Shown piece after piece: positions 9,446 to 18,566 of a stretch of DNA of 64,000 nucleotides. Origin of the DNA: an uncultured delta proteobacterium (GTDB taxonomy: Bacteria > Myxococcota > Myxococcia > Myxococcales > Myxococcaceae); contig CAVQKE010000004.1 of NCBI GenBank assembly GCA_963713045.1, positions 512,001 through 576,000 of the forward strand. Direction: 5' to 3'. A model generated the notes under the pieces. That model was not told the origin of the DNA. It saw only the letters and a list, made by a program, of their open reading frames with translations, and did no database searches. The translations under genes and the position numbers were made by a program. Each line of letters starts with the position of its first letter. Within the stretch, counting starts at the first letter, position 1.

Positions 9446-10383
9446 CGCAGCCCCACTCGTCGTAGCCCGCGCTCGCTGTCACGCCAACGAGGCTCCACCT
9501 TAACGCGGAGCGAAAGGTAGACGTGCGTTCCGAGCATCTGCTCTATTGCCGCGCGGGCGTCGGTGCCGATGGATTTCAGCATTGCGCCGCGCTTACCAAT
9601 CACAATCGCCTTTTGGCTCTCCCGCTCGACGTAGATGGTGGCGGCGATCCGCACCAAGCCTTGTAGCCTTCCCTGCGCGCCCGGGCGCGGCGCACGATCC
9701 GTTTCATCAAAGACCTCCACCAGGACGGCACTAGCGTGAGGAACCTCTTCACGGCAGTGGTCCAGGACCTGCTCCCGAATGAGCTCCGCCGCGAGGCTCC
9801 GCTCAGACTGATCGGTAAAGGTCTCAAGGGGGAAAATAGGCTCACCGGCGGGTAGCTGTCGGAGGAGGGTCTCGAGCAGCTCCTCCACGCCAGCTCCTGT
9901 TCGCGCCGAGATGAAGAAAGTGTCATTGAAACCGAGAGCGTCCCGGTAGAGCTCGGCAAGCGGCAGAAGTGGCGCCTTTGCGACCGAGTCCACCTTGTTG
10001 AGGGCGAGAAACCTCGGTTTTCGGAGCATTTCGAGCTGATCAAGGATGGCACGGTTCCCCGGTGTAAGTTCCGGCGTTTGCCCGTCTTTGCCCAGGGTTG
10101 GCTCGACTACGAGGAGCACCGCATCCACATCACCGAGAGCGCCCAGAGCAACTGCCTGTAAGGCCTGGCCGAGCTTTCCCTTGGCTTCGTGCAGACCTGG
10201 CGTGTCAACCAGTACGAGCTGGCCTTGAGGCCGGTTTACGACTCCTAGGATGCGCGTTCGAGTCGTTTGAGGTTTCGAGGAGACAATGGCCACCTTCTCG
10301 CCGACGAGACGGTTGAGGAGCGTGCTCTTACCGACGTTGGGGCGGCCAACAAGTGCCACGGTGCCGGCATGAAATGTGGGCAT
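9442..10383 (-). CDS. era: GTPase Era
   Basis: GRPNVGKSTL, KPQTTR, DTPG, NKVD, EEVPH and KH motif SQKAIVIGKRG. Confidence 0.97.
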   Translation of the reverse strand: MPTFHAGTVALVGRPNVGKSTLLNRLVGEKVAIVSSKPQTTRTRILGVVNRPQGQLVLVDTPGLHEAKGKLGQALQAVALGALGDVDAVLLVVEPTLGKDGQTPELTPGNRAILDQLEMLRKPRFLALNKVDSVAKAPLLPLAELYRDALGFNDTFFISARTGAGVEELLETLLRQLPAGEPIFPLETFTDQSERSLAAELIREQVLDHCREEVPHASAVLVEVFDETDRAPRPGAQGRLQGLVRIAATIYVERESQKAIVIGKRGAMLKSIGTDARAAIEQMLGTHVYLSLRVKVEPRWRDSERGLRRVGLR

Positions 10384-10438
10384 GAACCCCGAAGGTGTCT
10401 AGAGCCGCCCGCCCGGCAAAGCCCTTCAGCCGAAGGCT

Positions 10439-10990
10439 TTACGGGGTCTCCGAGATGGTCACCGAGCGCACTTTTACGTCCGTGCGGGGCCGGTCCCCGG
10501 GGCCCTTGGCGATGTCGTTGGCCACCCGCTTCACAACGTCCATGCCTGTGACGACCTCACCAAAAATGGTGTGCTTGTTGTCGAGCCACGGAGTTGGCAC
10601 CACGGTGATGAAGAACTGGCTCCCATTGGTATTCGGACCGGCGTTGGCCATCGCGAGCAGGCCCGGCCGGTCGAAACGGCGACGGCTCTGAAACTCATCC
10701 TCGAATTGGTAGCCTGGGCCTCCGGTGCCCCGGCCGAGCGGATCTCCACCTTGAACCATGAAGTCTCCGATGCATCGGTGAAAGATTGTGCCGTCGTAGA
10801 GGGGAGTCCCGGTCTTTTTTTCACGGGTCCCCGGGTGGGTCCACGTCTTCTCACCAGTCGCAAGACCGACAAAATTCTCGACGGTTTTTGGTGCATCCTT
10901 GGGGAACAGCTTCACCACGACTGTCCCTTCGCTGGTGTCGAAATGAGCGTAAAGGTCTTTTCCCGCCCGCACTGCATCCGTCATTGCCAT
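10439..10990 (-). CDS. Cyclophilin-type peptidyl-prolyl isomerase (no signal peptide)
   Basis: APKTVENFVGLA, FHR, FMVQGGDP, LLAMANAGPNTNGSQFFIT, WLDNKHTIFGEV. Confidence 0.95.
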   Translation of the reverse strand: MAMTDAVRAGKDLYAHFDTSEGTVVVKLFPKDAPKTVENFVGLATGEKTWTHPGTREKKTGTPLYDGTIFHRCIGDFMVQGGDPLGRGTGGPGYQFEDEFQSRRRFDRPGLLAMANAGPNTNGSQFFITVVPTPWLDNKHTIFGEVVTGMDVVKRVANDIAKGPGDRPRTDVKVRSVTISETP

Positions 10991-11017
10991 GGTGTCGTTC
11001 CTGTCCGGAGAAAGAAC

Positions 11018-11656
11018 CTATTTGCCAGCTTTGGGTGCCTTGTCAGAAACCTGAACTGACTGCAGCACGACCGCCGTATCCGGCCTATCCCGACCATCTG
11101 CTCCCGTCGGAACGTTGGAGATTTTCTCGACGACATCGTATCCGCTCACTACCTCTCCGAAGATGGTGTGCTTGCCATTGAGATGGCTGGGGGTCGAGAC
11201 GGTAATGAACCACTGCATGCCGTTGGTGCCTGGACCGCGGTTGGCCATCGCGAGCAAACCGACCTTGTCGAAAGTCTTCCCGTTCGATGTCTCGTCAGCG
11301 AAGGTATAACCCGGGTCACCCCGGCCGGTTCCAGTAGGGTCACCGCCCTGAATCATGAATCCAGCAATGACCCGGTGAAAGATGGTGTTGTCATAGGCGC
11401 GGGCCGTGCTCTTTTGACCAGTACGCGGGTCGGTCCAGGGCTGCTCGCCGGTCGCAAGCCCGACGAAGTTGGCAACTGTCTTGGGCGCGGCCTTCGAAAA
11501 GAGATGCAGAACGATGTTGCCCTGGGTGGTTTTCATCGTCACCCAGAGGTCATGTCCGGCTAGGGCCTTCTGCATCCATGGGGTCTTGACTGGCGCATCC
11601 GTCGCGAGTGCTGGCGCTGCAACCGCAAGGGCCAGGCTGACAAGAAGTCGGTTCAT
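11018..11656 (-). CDS. Cyclophilin-type peptidyl-prolyl isomerase (exported)
   Basis: Signal peptide MNRLLVSLALAVAAPALA; FHRVIAGFMIQGGDP, AMANRGPGTNG, HLNGKHTIFGEV. Confidence 0.93.
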   Translation of the reverse strand: MNRLLVSLALAVAAPALATDAPVKTPWMQKALAGHDLWVTMKTTQGNIVLHLFSKAAPKTVANFVGLATGEQPWTDPRTGQKSTARAYDNTIFHRVIAGFMIQGGDPTGTGRGDPGYTFADETSNGKTFDKVGLLAMANRGPGTNGMQWFITVSTPSHLNGKHTIFGEVVSGYDVVEKISNVPTGADGRDRPDTAVVLQSVQVSDKAPKAGK

Positions 11657-11709
11657 GAAGGTGTCTTTTGCCTCAGACGGGCCCAGAAAGCTCGCGCTTT
11701 CCGCTAGGG

Positions 11710-12420
11710 CTATCCAGGCTTGGCGCGCTCCATTTCGAGCGTCTTTCGGGCGGCTGCTTGCTCGGCTTCCTTCTTGCTGCGCCCGATGGCCCGCGCAAAG
11801 ACTTCGCTACCAACACTGACCTCCACCTCGAACCTCTTCGCGTGGTCTGGACCTTCCTCTGCCACGACCCGGTACCGCGGCGGAACGCGCCCTTGACGCT
11901 GCATCAGCTCCTGAAGCCGAGTCTTGTAGTCATCGCCGCTTCTGCCCTCAGCGACCCCATCCAACGCTTCTGCAAAATGGCGGTCGACTAGCGCCATCGC
12001 TCCGGCAACGCCTTGCGTCAGATAGACCGCTGCGACTACCGCCTCGAGTGCGTCGGCTAGTACCGAGCTTTTATCGCGGCCACCCGTCAGTTCCTCCCCA
12101 CGGCCCATGCGGAGCAATTCACCGATGCGCAGATCGCGAGCAACGCGTGCTAGGGATTCCTCATTCACGATGAGCGCGCGAAGCTTAGAAAGCTCGCCCT
12201 CATCCGCAGCGGGAAAGCGCTCCATCAGACGGTGGCTCACAACGAGGTCCACCACCGCGTCCCCTAGAAATTCGAGCCGTTCGTTGTCTACCACCGCCTC
12301 GCCCCGGTGCTCGTTGCAGTAACTTTTGTGCGTTAAGGCAGCTAGCCCAAGGCTCGGGTCCAGCTGCTCCGCTCCCAGGCGTTCCTGGAGGACGAGCACG
12401 CGGTCCGTTGCGACTTCCAT
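11710..12420 (-). CDS. rnc: Ribonuclease III
   Basis: ALTHKSY, NERLEFLGDAV, LADALEA and dsRBD DYKTRLQE...GRSKKEAEQAAA. Confidence 0.97.
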   Translation of the reverse strand: MEVATDRVLVLQERLGAEQLDPSLGLAALTHKSYCNEHRGEAVVDNERLEFLGDAVVDLVVSHRLMERFPAADEGELSKLRALIVNEESLARVARDLRIGELLRMGRGEELTGGRDKSSVLADALEAVVAAVYLTQGVAGAMALVDRHFAEALDGVAEGRSGDDYKTRLQELMQRQGRVPPRYRVVAEEGPDHAKRFEVEVSVGSEVFARAIGRSKKEAEQAAARKTLEMERAKPG

Positions 12421-12426
12421 TCTGGC

Positions 12427-13464
12427 TTATCCATCAGCGAGCTGCCGAGCAAGTTGCTCAGCCAGCTCATAGGGGTCCGCCTGGTGAGCGACAATGGCAG
12501 CGGCCACCTCCTCGAGTCTGCCGCGCTCGCGCTCCAGTCGTCCAAGCGCTTCCCGCAGAAGGCGCTCGCGGAGCAGTGCGACGAATTGCATCCGCGCTCG
12601 GGCCCGCTCCCGCACCGTCCGCTGGCCAGTTTGGTCCAGAAACGTTCGGTGTCGCTCGATACCCGCGAGCACCTCTGTCACGCCCTCATCATGAGATGCG
12701 ACAGTCTTGAGAATTGGTGGCTCCCACACTGTGGGATCCGGGGGCGCCGGCGCTTGGGGTGGAAGACCGCCGGTCGAGAGTCGCATGCGACGGTGCTGAG
12801 CATCGTGGCTTGCCGGCGGTGTACGAACCGCATGCCTTAGCTCGAGCATCTGCCGGAGCTCGCGAACCGTGCGGTCGGCCCCTGCGAGGTCGGCCTTGTT
12901 CACTACAAAGACGTCCGCGACCTCGAGGATGCCAGCTTTGATGGCCTGGATGTCGTCGCCCATTCCGGGGACTGTCACGAGCACGGTGGTGTGGGCCATC
13001 TGTGCGACATCAATTTCATCCTGCCCAACTCCGACAGTTTCCACCAAGACCACGTCCCGGCCCATCGCATCGAGAATGCGGATGCAGTCTCCAGTGGCTC
13101 GTGACAATCCACCCAACGCCCCTCGGGTTGCAAGCGAGCGGATGAAAACTCCGTCATCGGACGAGTGGTCTTGCATGCGAATGCGGTCACCGAGAATCGC
13201 GCCACCGGTGAACGGACTGGTAGGGTCAACGCAGAGCACTCCCACGGTTTTTCTCTGTAGCCGAAGGCCCGCAATCAGCCGGTCGGTCAGTGTCGACTTC
13301 CCGGATCCGGGACTTCCCGTCACGCCGATGACGTAGGCCCGTCCTGTGTGGGGGAACAGTGTCTGAAGGTCTGCGATTGCGGAGCGCTCTCCATCGTCGA
13401 CGTGGCGCATAAGGCGCGAGGCAGCGCGTACATCCCCGGCCAAGACGCGAGCAGCGAGCGCCAT
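12427..13464 (-). CDS. meaB: MeaB/ArgK-family GTPase metallochaperone for B12 mutases
   Basis: GSPGSGKST, VDPTSPFTGGAILGDRIRM, ETVGVGQDE, PGMGDDIQAIKAGILE, NKAD; ATG 13464 overlaps the upstream stop. Confidence 0.93.
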   Translation of the reverse strand: MALAARVLAGDVRAASRLMRHVDDGERSAIADLQTLFPHTGRAYVIGVTGSPGSGKSTLTDRLIAGLRLQRKTVGVLCVDPTSPFTGGAILGDRIRMQDHSSDDGVFIRSLATRGALGGLSRATGDCIRILDAMGRDVVLVETVGVGQDEIDVAQMAHTTVLVTVPGMGDDIQAIKAGILEVADVFVVNKADLAGADRTVRELRQMLELRHAVRTPPASHDAQHRRMRLSTGGLPPQAPAPPDPTVWEPPILKTVASHDEGVTEVLAGIERHRTFLDQTGQRTVRERARARMQFVALLRERLLREALGRLERERGRLEEVAAAIVAHQADPYELAEQLARQLADG

Positions 13465-14333
13465 CACCTGTCGTCCCAAGAAGCGAGTACTTCCACTTCA
13501 GAGGCCGTGATGCCGAGAGCCCCGGCCACCACGACCGCTACCCCAGGAAAGCCCTCGAGTTCGAACTGGTCCGCCCAAACCTTGCCGCCAGGCCCTGCCA
13601 ACAGCGCCCTGAATGTTCGATCCCGAACCCGGGTCGCCGCAAAACGGTAAAGGATTCCCTGCGCGCGCAGCGTCACGACGACATCGATGGTGGCCGCAGC
13701 GGGAATCCAAGCAGCCTCCCCAAAATGGTCGAGCAGCTCTCGGTAGTCGACGGGGCGGCTCGCGGGCGAGGCGGGCCCGACGGGAGTTCCTGCGGAGGCT
13801 GGCAGGGGCACGAGCGCGCGAAGGTGGGCGAGGAGTGCGGCTCGGTTTGGGAACTCGGAAGAATCGAAGGGCGGCCCGACGTCGGTTACTACGGCTTCAC
13901 CTTCTCGAGTCAACTCCACCACCCGCAGCTGCCCCCGCTTATCGCCAGCCAATACGAAGTGGAGAGGGGCGTCATCGATGCGAGCCGCGAGCTCCAGCGT
14001 TTCCGGGTCGACCAGTGGAGCGCAGCCTAGCGCGCGAAGCTCCGAGCTCCGTCGCTGCAGGGTGACCAGATGGGTATGAAAAGCTCCGGCGAGCTGTTGC
14101 TCGAGTTCAGATCGGCTCCGCACGCCGTCCAGCGTCAGCGGCGGCAGTCCCACCAATTCCGCCGGCTCCAACGGGATGAGGCGTTCCTCGGCCAGCGCAA
14201 ACACCCCAGTCGCGATCGGCCGCCGCGCCAATGGGTTGAGAAGAGGGGTCCCGAGTTGAAGCACCGCCTCTAGGCCGGTTTCGGTGTGAGTGACGCCGAG
14301 CCCCAAGTCGGTCAATCGATCTGCGTCGACCAT
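13464..14333 (-). CDS. Hypothetical protein, translationally coupled on both sides
   Basis: ATG at 14333 overlaps the TGA of the acyl-CoA dehydrogenase, and its TGA overlaps the meaB ATG; no motif recognised. Confidence 0.65.
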   Translation of the reverse strand: MVDADRLTDLGLGVTHTETGLEAVLQLGTPLLNPLARRPIATGVFALAEERLIPLEPAELVGLPPLTLDGVRSRSELEQQLAGAFHTHLVTLQRRSSELRALGCAPLVDPETLELAARIDDAPLHFVLAGDKRGQLRVVELTREGEAVVTDVGPPFDSSEFPNRAALLAHLRALVPLPASAGTPVGPASPASRPVDYRELLDHFGEAAWIPAAATIDVVVTLRAQGILYRFAATRVRDRTFRALLAGPGGKVWADQFELEGFPGVAVVVAGALGITASEVEVLASWDDR

Positions 14334-15481
14334 CACGCCCTGAGCAATTCGCGGGCGATGATTGTCCGCTGGATCTCGCTCGTACCCTCGCCGATTTCGC
14401 AAAGTTTCGCGTCGCGGAGGTAGCGCTCGACAGGAAACTCGCGCGTATACCCGTAGCCTCCGTGAATCTGCAGGGCCCGGTTACACGCACGGGTGGCAGC
14501 CTCGCTCGCAAAGAGCTTCGCAATCGACGCCTCGCGTGTGTACGGACGCCCGGTATCGGCGAGGCATGCAGCCCGATGCACAAGCAAGCGCGCCGCTTCG
14601 AGCTCCGTTCGCATGTCCGCGAGCATCCACCTAATCGCCTCGAATGTGGCGATCGGCTTGCCGAACGCCTGACGCTCACGTGCGTAGCCGACCGCTTCTT
14701 CTAGAGCACCGCGGTGAAGCCCAACCGCCAATGCCCCAATCGCGATGCGTCCTTTGTCTAGGATTTGCAGCGTGTTGATGAACCCCATGCCAGGCTCGCC
14801 CACCAGATGGCTCTCGGGGACAACCGCATTCTCGAAGATTAGCTCGGCCGTATCCGAGGACCGCATGCCCAGCTTGCCGTGAATAGGCCGCTGGGTGAAG
14901 CCTGGTGTCCCCTTTTCGACTAGGAACGCGCTGACTCCTTTTTGCCGCAATTCCGGAGCCGTCAGGGCAAGCACGATGAAGACCTGGGCCACCGTTCCCT
15001 GGGTAATGAACATCTTGTTGCCATTCAAAACCCAGCTCTCGCCTCTCCGCACAGCAGTGGTCTTCATCGCAGCCGCGTCTGAGCCGCTCCCCGGCTCAGT
15101 CAATGCCCACGCCCCGAGGTATTCCCCAGTGGCAAGAGGGGGGAGGTAGCGCCGCCTCTGCTCCAAACTGCCGAAGAGTCGTAGGTGGCTCGTTCCCAGG
15201 CCATTGTGACTGGCAACGGTGAGTGCCAGCGAGCCGTCGAAGCGTGCAATCTCCTCTACAGCAACAGCGACCGCGAGGGTGTCGAGCCCAGAGCCCCCGT
15301 ACTCCTCGGGAATCTGCATGCCAAGGACGCCGAGCTCCCCAAGGGCCTGGACGGTCTCCATGTTCAGCCGCTCGGCGTGGTCCCAGGCGCGAGCGTGGCC
15401 CTTCACCCTTTCCTCGCAAAACGCTCGGAGCGTGGCCTGCAGCGCGCGATGACTCTCCGGGAGCTCGGCTGTCGTGCTCAT
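14333..15481 (-). CDS. Acyl-CoA dehydrogenase, short/branched-chain (YngJ/LiuA-like)
   Basis: [51 protein letters not shown]; likely start MSTTAEL at 15481. Confidence 0.92.
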   Translation of the reverse strand: MSTTAELPESHRALQATLRAFCEERVKGHARAWDHAERLNMETVQALGELGVLGMQIPEEYGGSGLDTLAVAVAVEEIARFDGSLALTVASHNGLGTSHLRLFGSLEQRRRYLPPLATGEYLGAWALTEPGSGSDAAAMKTTAVRRGESWVLNGNKMFITQGTVAQVFIVLALTAPELRQKGVSAFLVEKGTPGFTQRPIHGKLGMRSSDTAELIFENAVVPESHLVGEPGMGFINTLQILDKGRIAIGALAVGLHRGALEEAVGYARERQAFGKPIATFEAIRWMLADMRTELEAARLLVHRAACLADTGRPYTREASIAKLFASEAATRACNRALQIHGGYGYTREFPVERYLRDAKLCEIGEGTSEIQRTIIARELLRA

Positions 15482-15539
15482 GCCTGTTGTGCTTATAACG
15501 GCCGGCTGCCTCGCCGAAAAGTCATGCCGCGCCAGCTTC

Positions 15540-17069
15540 TTAGACGGGCCAAACGCCGTGTTTGCGGGCTGCTCGGGGTTGGAAGCTTCGACGGTAGAAG
15601 GCGAGGCGACGCACGAGTTCTTCTCGAAGTTCATCGCCAGGAACGACTTCGTCTACCACCAGCTCTGAGGCAAGTTTCAAGAGGTCTACATCGGACCGGT
15701 ACTCGGCCCGGAGCCCCTCGATGTAGGCGGCTCGCTCAGCCTCGGGCTTCTCGAGTATCTTGTTGAAGAAGACGGCGTTCACTGCTGCCTCGGGACCCAT
15801 CACAGCGATCATCGCCTGGGGAAGTGCGAGAGTGCAGTCCGGCCCAAACCCCGGACCGGACATCGCATAAAGGCCAGCACCGTAGGCCTTTCGCACCACG
15901 ACCGAGATGCGAGGCACTGTTGCTTCGGAAACTGCGGAAATCATCTTCGCACCAGCTCGAATAATTCCGGCGCGCTCCACCTTCGTACCGATCATGAACC
16001 CGGGGACGTCGGCGAGGAAAATCAGAGGAAGGTTGAACGCGTCACAGAGCCATATGAACCGTGCGGCTTTGTCCGCAGAGTCGACGAAGAGCACTCCTCC
16101 TTTGTACTTGGGCTGATTGGCTAGGATGCCGACCGCTCGACCATCGATGCGAGCAAACCCGGTGATGAGCTCTTGGGCAAACAGCTTTTTTATTTCGAAG
16201 AAGGAGCCGCCATCGACGAGCTCCCGGAGCAGCGCGAACATGTCGAACGGCTTGTTCTGGTCGGCCGGCACGATGTCCTCAATGGACCGGCCACTACGGT
16301 CCGGATCCCGCGCCTCCACCACCGGTGGCTCGCTCGAGAAGTTGTCCGGTAAATATGAAAGGTAGGTACGAGCAACGGCGATGGCCTCGTCCTCCGTCTT
16401 TACCAGCACGTCACCGCATCCCGAGACAGAGCAGTGCATGCGCGCTCCTCCCATCTCGTCCAAGGTGACTTTTTCGCCGATGACCATCTCAGCCATGCGA
16501 GGGCTACCGAGGTACATCGAGGCATTGCCCTCGACCATGACGACCAGGTCGCAAAACGCCGGGATGTAGGCGCCGCCCGCGGCGGAGGGACCAAACAGCA
16601 GGCAAACCTGCGGCACTTCACCAGAGAGCAGCACCTCGTTCCGGAAGATGCGCCCTGCTCCACGCCGGCCGGGGAACATGTCAACCTGGTCGGTGATGCG
16701 GGCACCTGCCGAATCCACCAGATAGAGAAGAGGACAACGTACCCGCGCCGCCGTCTCCTGAATGCGAAGGATTTTTTCGACCGTTCGCGCGCCCCAACTT
16801 CCCGCCTTCACCGTGGAGTCGTTGGCCATGAGGGCCACTGGACGCCCGGCGATGGTTCCTAGTCCGGTGATGACGCCATCCGCTGGAAATTCGGGATCTG
16901 CTCCATGGGCGAACGTTCCATCCTCAGTGAACGAGTTCGGGTCGAGCAGCCGGGATAGACGCTCGCGCGCGAACAGCTTCCCGACCTCCGCATTCTTGGC
17001 GTGGTATTTTGGATCGCCACCCTGGCGGATGAGCGTGCGCCGCTGCCGCGTACTGTCGTCGAAGCCCAT
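15540..17069 (-). CDS. Acyl-CoA carboxylase carboxyltransferase subunit (methylcrotonyl-CoA carboxylase beta, YngE/LiuB-like)
   Basis: [69 protein letters not shown]. Confidence 0.92.
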   Translation of the reverse strand: MGFDDSTRQRRTLIRQGGDPKYHAKNAEVGKLFARERLSRLLDPNSFTEDGTFAHGADPEFPADGVITGLGTIAGRPVALMANDSTVKAGSWGARTVEKILRIQETAARVRCPLLYLVDSAGARITDQVDMFPGRRGAGRIFRNEVLLSGEVPQVCLLFGPSAAGGAYIPAFCDLVVMVEGNASMYLGSPRMAEMVIGEKVTLDEMGGARMHCSVSGCGDVLVKTEDEAIAVARTYLSYLPDNFSSEPPVVEARDPDRSGRSIEDIVPADQNKPFDMFALLRELVDGGSFFEIKKLFAQELITGFARIDGRAVGILANQPKYKGGVLFVDSADKAARFIWLCDAFNLPLIFLADVPGFMIGTKVERAGIIRAGAKMISAVSEATVPRISVVVRKAYGAGLYAMSGPGFGPDCTLALPQAMIAVMGPEAAVNAVFFNKILEKPEAERAAYIEGLRAEYRSDVDLLKLASELVVDEVVPGDELREELVRRLAFYRRSFQPRAARKHGVWPV

Positions 17070-17141
17070 GCTGGGCCGTCGGCCTTAGCAGAAATGCCTG
17101 CTGTGGGCGCGTACTTACTGCGCCGCGTCGTTGGTCGGGGA

Positions 17142-17546
17142 CTAGGCTGCCGGCTGTGCCGGTTGCTCGAGAGCCGCCCAGGCATGGCGGACGGCGGCCC
17201 GAACCACTCGCGGTTCGAAGGGTTTCCCGATGACGCCGCGAACCCCGGGAAGGTCCGGCAGGTCGGCATCTTCCGTTGCGAACAAGGAGGAGATGACGAT
17301 CACCGGGAAGCGGTTGCAACCATAACGGTCCCGGAGTCGAGTGATGAAGGTAATCCCATTCACACGGGGCATCATCAGGTCGACGAGCACGACGCACGCC
17401 TGCGGGGAATTGGCTAGAACTGCTAACCCCGCATCCCCGTCGTCGGCAACGTCCACTGAGTATCCGTCCACCTCGAGGATGCGCTGTAAGAACGCACGAA
17501 ATCCTGGCTGGTCGTCGATGACTAAAACACGCCGGCGAAGGTCCAT
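17142..17546 (-). CDS. Single-domain response regulator (REC)
   Basis: VLVIDD, LVDLMMPRVNG (phospho-Asp), VIVISS, GKPF; start MDLRRR at 17546. Confidence 0.85.
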   Translation of the reverse strand: MDLRRRVLVIDDQPGFRAFLQRILEVDGYSVDVADDGDAGLAVLANSPQACVVLVDLMMPRVNGITFITRLRDRYGCNRFPVIVISSLFATEDADLPDLPGVRGVIGKPFEPRVVRAAVRHAWAALEQPAQPAA

Positions 17547-17738
17547 CACCAGACAAAGCGTAGCCGAACCGCTAGACGAGTAAAGTGAGACCTCCCCGTC
17601 ATCCGGGCCTCTGGACGGGGGCAAAGTGACCCTCCTCGAGCAAGGTCCACAGGGCTTGTGCGCTGACCGGTGCAGAGGTGAGTTCCGGGGAGGGGTTCTT
17701 TGCGGTCGGCCACGACTCGCTGTCCGGAAGGAGCTGCA

Positions 17739-18515
17739 CTAGCGGCCACGAAAGCGTGGCGGCCGCTTCTCGGCAAAGGCCGCTAGTCCCTCGAGACGGT
17801 CCTCGGAGGTGAACAGCTGCTGGTAGTGACGCAGCTCGACTGCAAGTCCGTCGTCAAGACTCAAAGCAACCCCTTCGTCGATGGCATGTTTTGCAGCGGC
17901 GACGGCCAGCGGCGCATTGGCAGCCACTTGATCCGCCAACCCCAGCGAGACCTCCAGGAGGCGTCCCTCGGGCGCGAGCCTTTGAACTAATCCGATGGCA
18001 AGTGCCTCGGCCGCGTTGATGCGGCGCCCAGTCAGAATCAAATCCTTGGCCCGGGCGATTCCCACTAGGCGAGGGAGCCGCTGTGTTCCTCCTCCGCCGG
18101 GGATGATGCCGAGTTGCACTTCGGTCAACCCCATTTCGGCCGTCGGCGCGGCAACGCGGAAGTCACATGCGAGAGCGAGCTCGGTGCCACCCCCTAGCGC
18201 GGCACCATTGATGGCAGCGATAAAGACACAGCCACTCCGTTCGACTGCCCGCAATGCTCTGGCCAACTGGGCGAGGAACGCTCGAACCTCTTCCTCCGAC
18301 ATGCCAGCCCGTTCCTTGAGGTCCGCGCCGGCACAGAACGCACGATCGCCGGCTCCAGTCAGGACAACTGCACGGGTCTCGTGCCCCCGACTCACCCGCT
18401 CCACCCGTTTCTCAAACTCGGCAAGCAGGGCACGGCTAATGGCATTTCGCCGCCTCTCGCCGTCGATCGTCCACAGCTCTGTGCTACCGCGGCGCTCCTC
18501 GCGGAACTCGGCCAT
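17739..18515 (-). CDS. Enoyl-CoA hydratase/crotonase (methylglutaconyl-CoA hydratase YngF/LiuC-like)
   Basis: [64 protein letters not shown]. Confidence 0.92.
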   Translation of the reverse strand: MAEFREERRGSTELWTIDGERRRNAISRALLAEFEKRVERVSRGHETRAVVLTGAGDRAFCAGADLKERAGMSEEEVRAFLAQLARALRAVERSGCVFIAAINGAALGGGTELALACDFRVAAPTAEMGLTEVQLGIIPGGGGTQRLPRLVGIARAKDLILTGRRINAAEALAIGLVQRLAPEGRLLEVSLGLADQVAANAPLAVAAAKHAIDEGVALSLDDGLAVELRHYQQLFTSEDRLEGLAAFAEKRPPRFRGR

Positions 18516-18566
18516 ACCTCACCCTTACTCCGGCTGGGGGAAGCCCTGGTAGAGTCTGTTCTTCAC

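Noticed and set aside
14333..15634. Canonical isovaleryl-CoA dehydrogenase, with a start at 15634
   Set aside because: The catalytic Glu is at the SCAD-type position, and the longer start overlaps the upstream carboxyltransferase.
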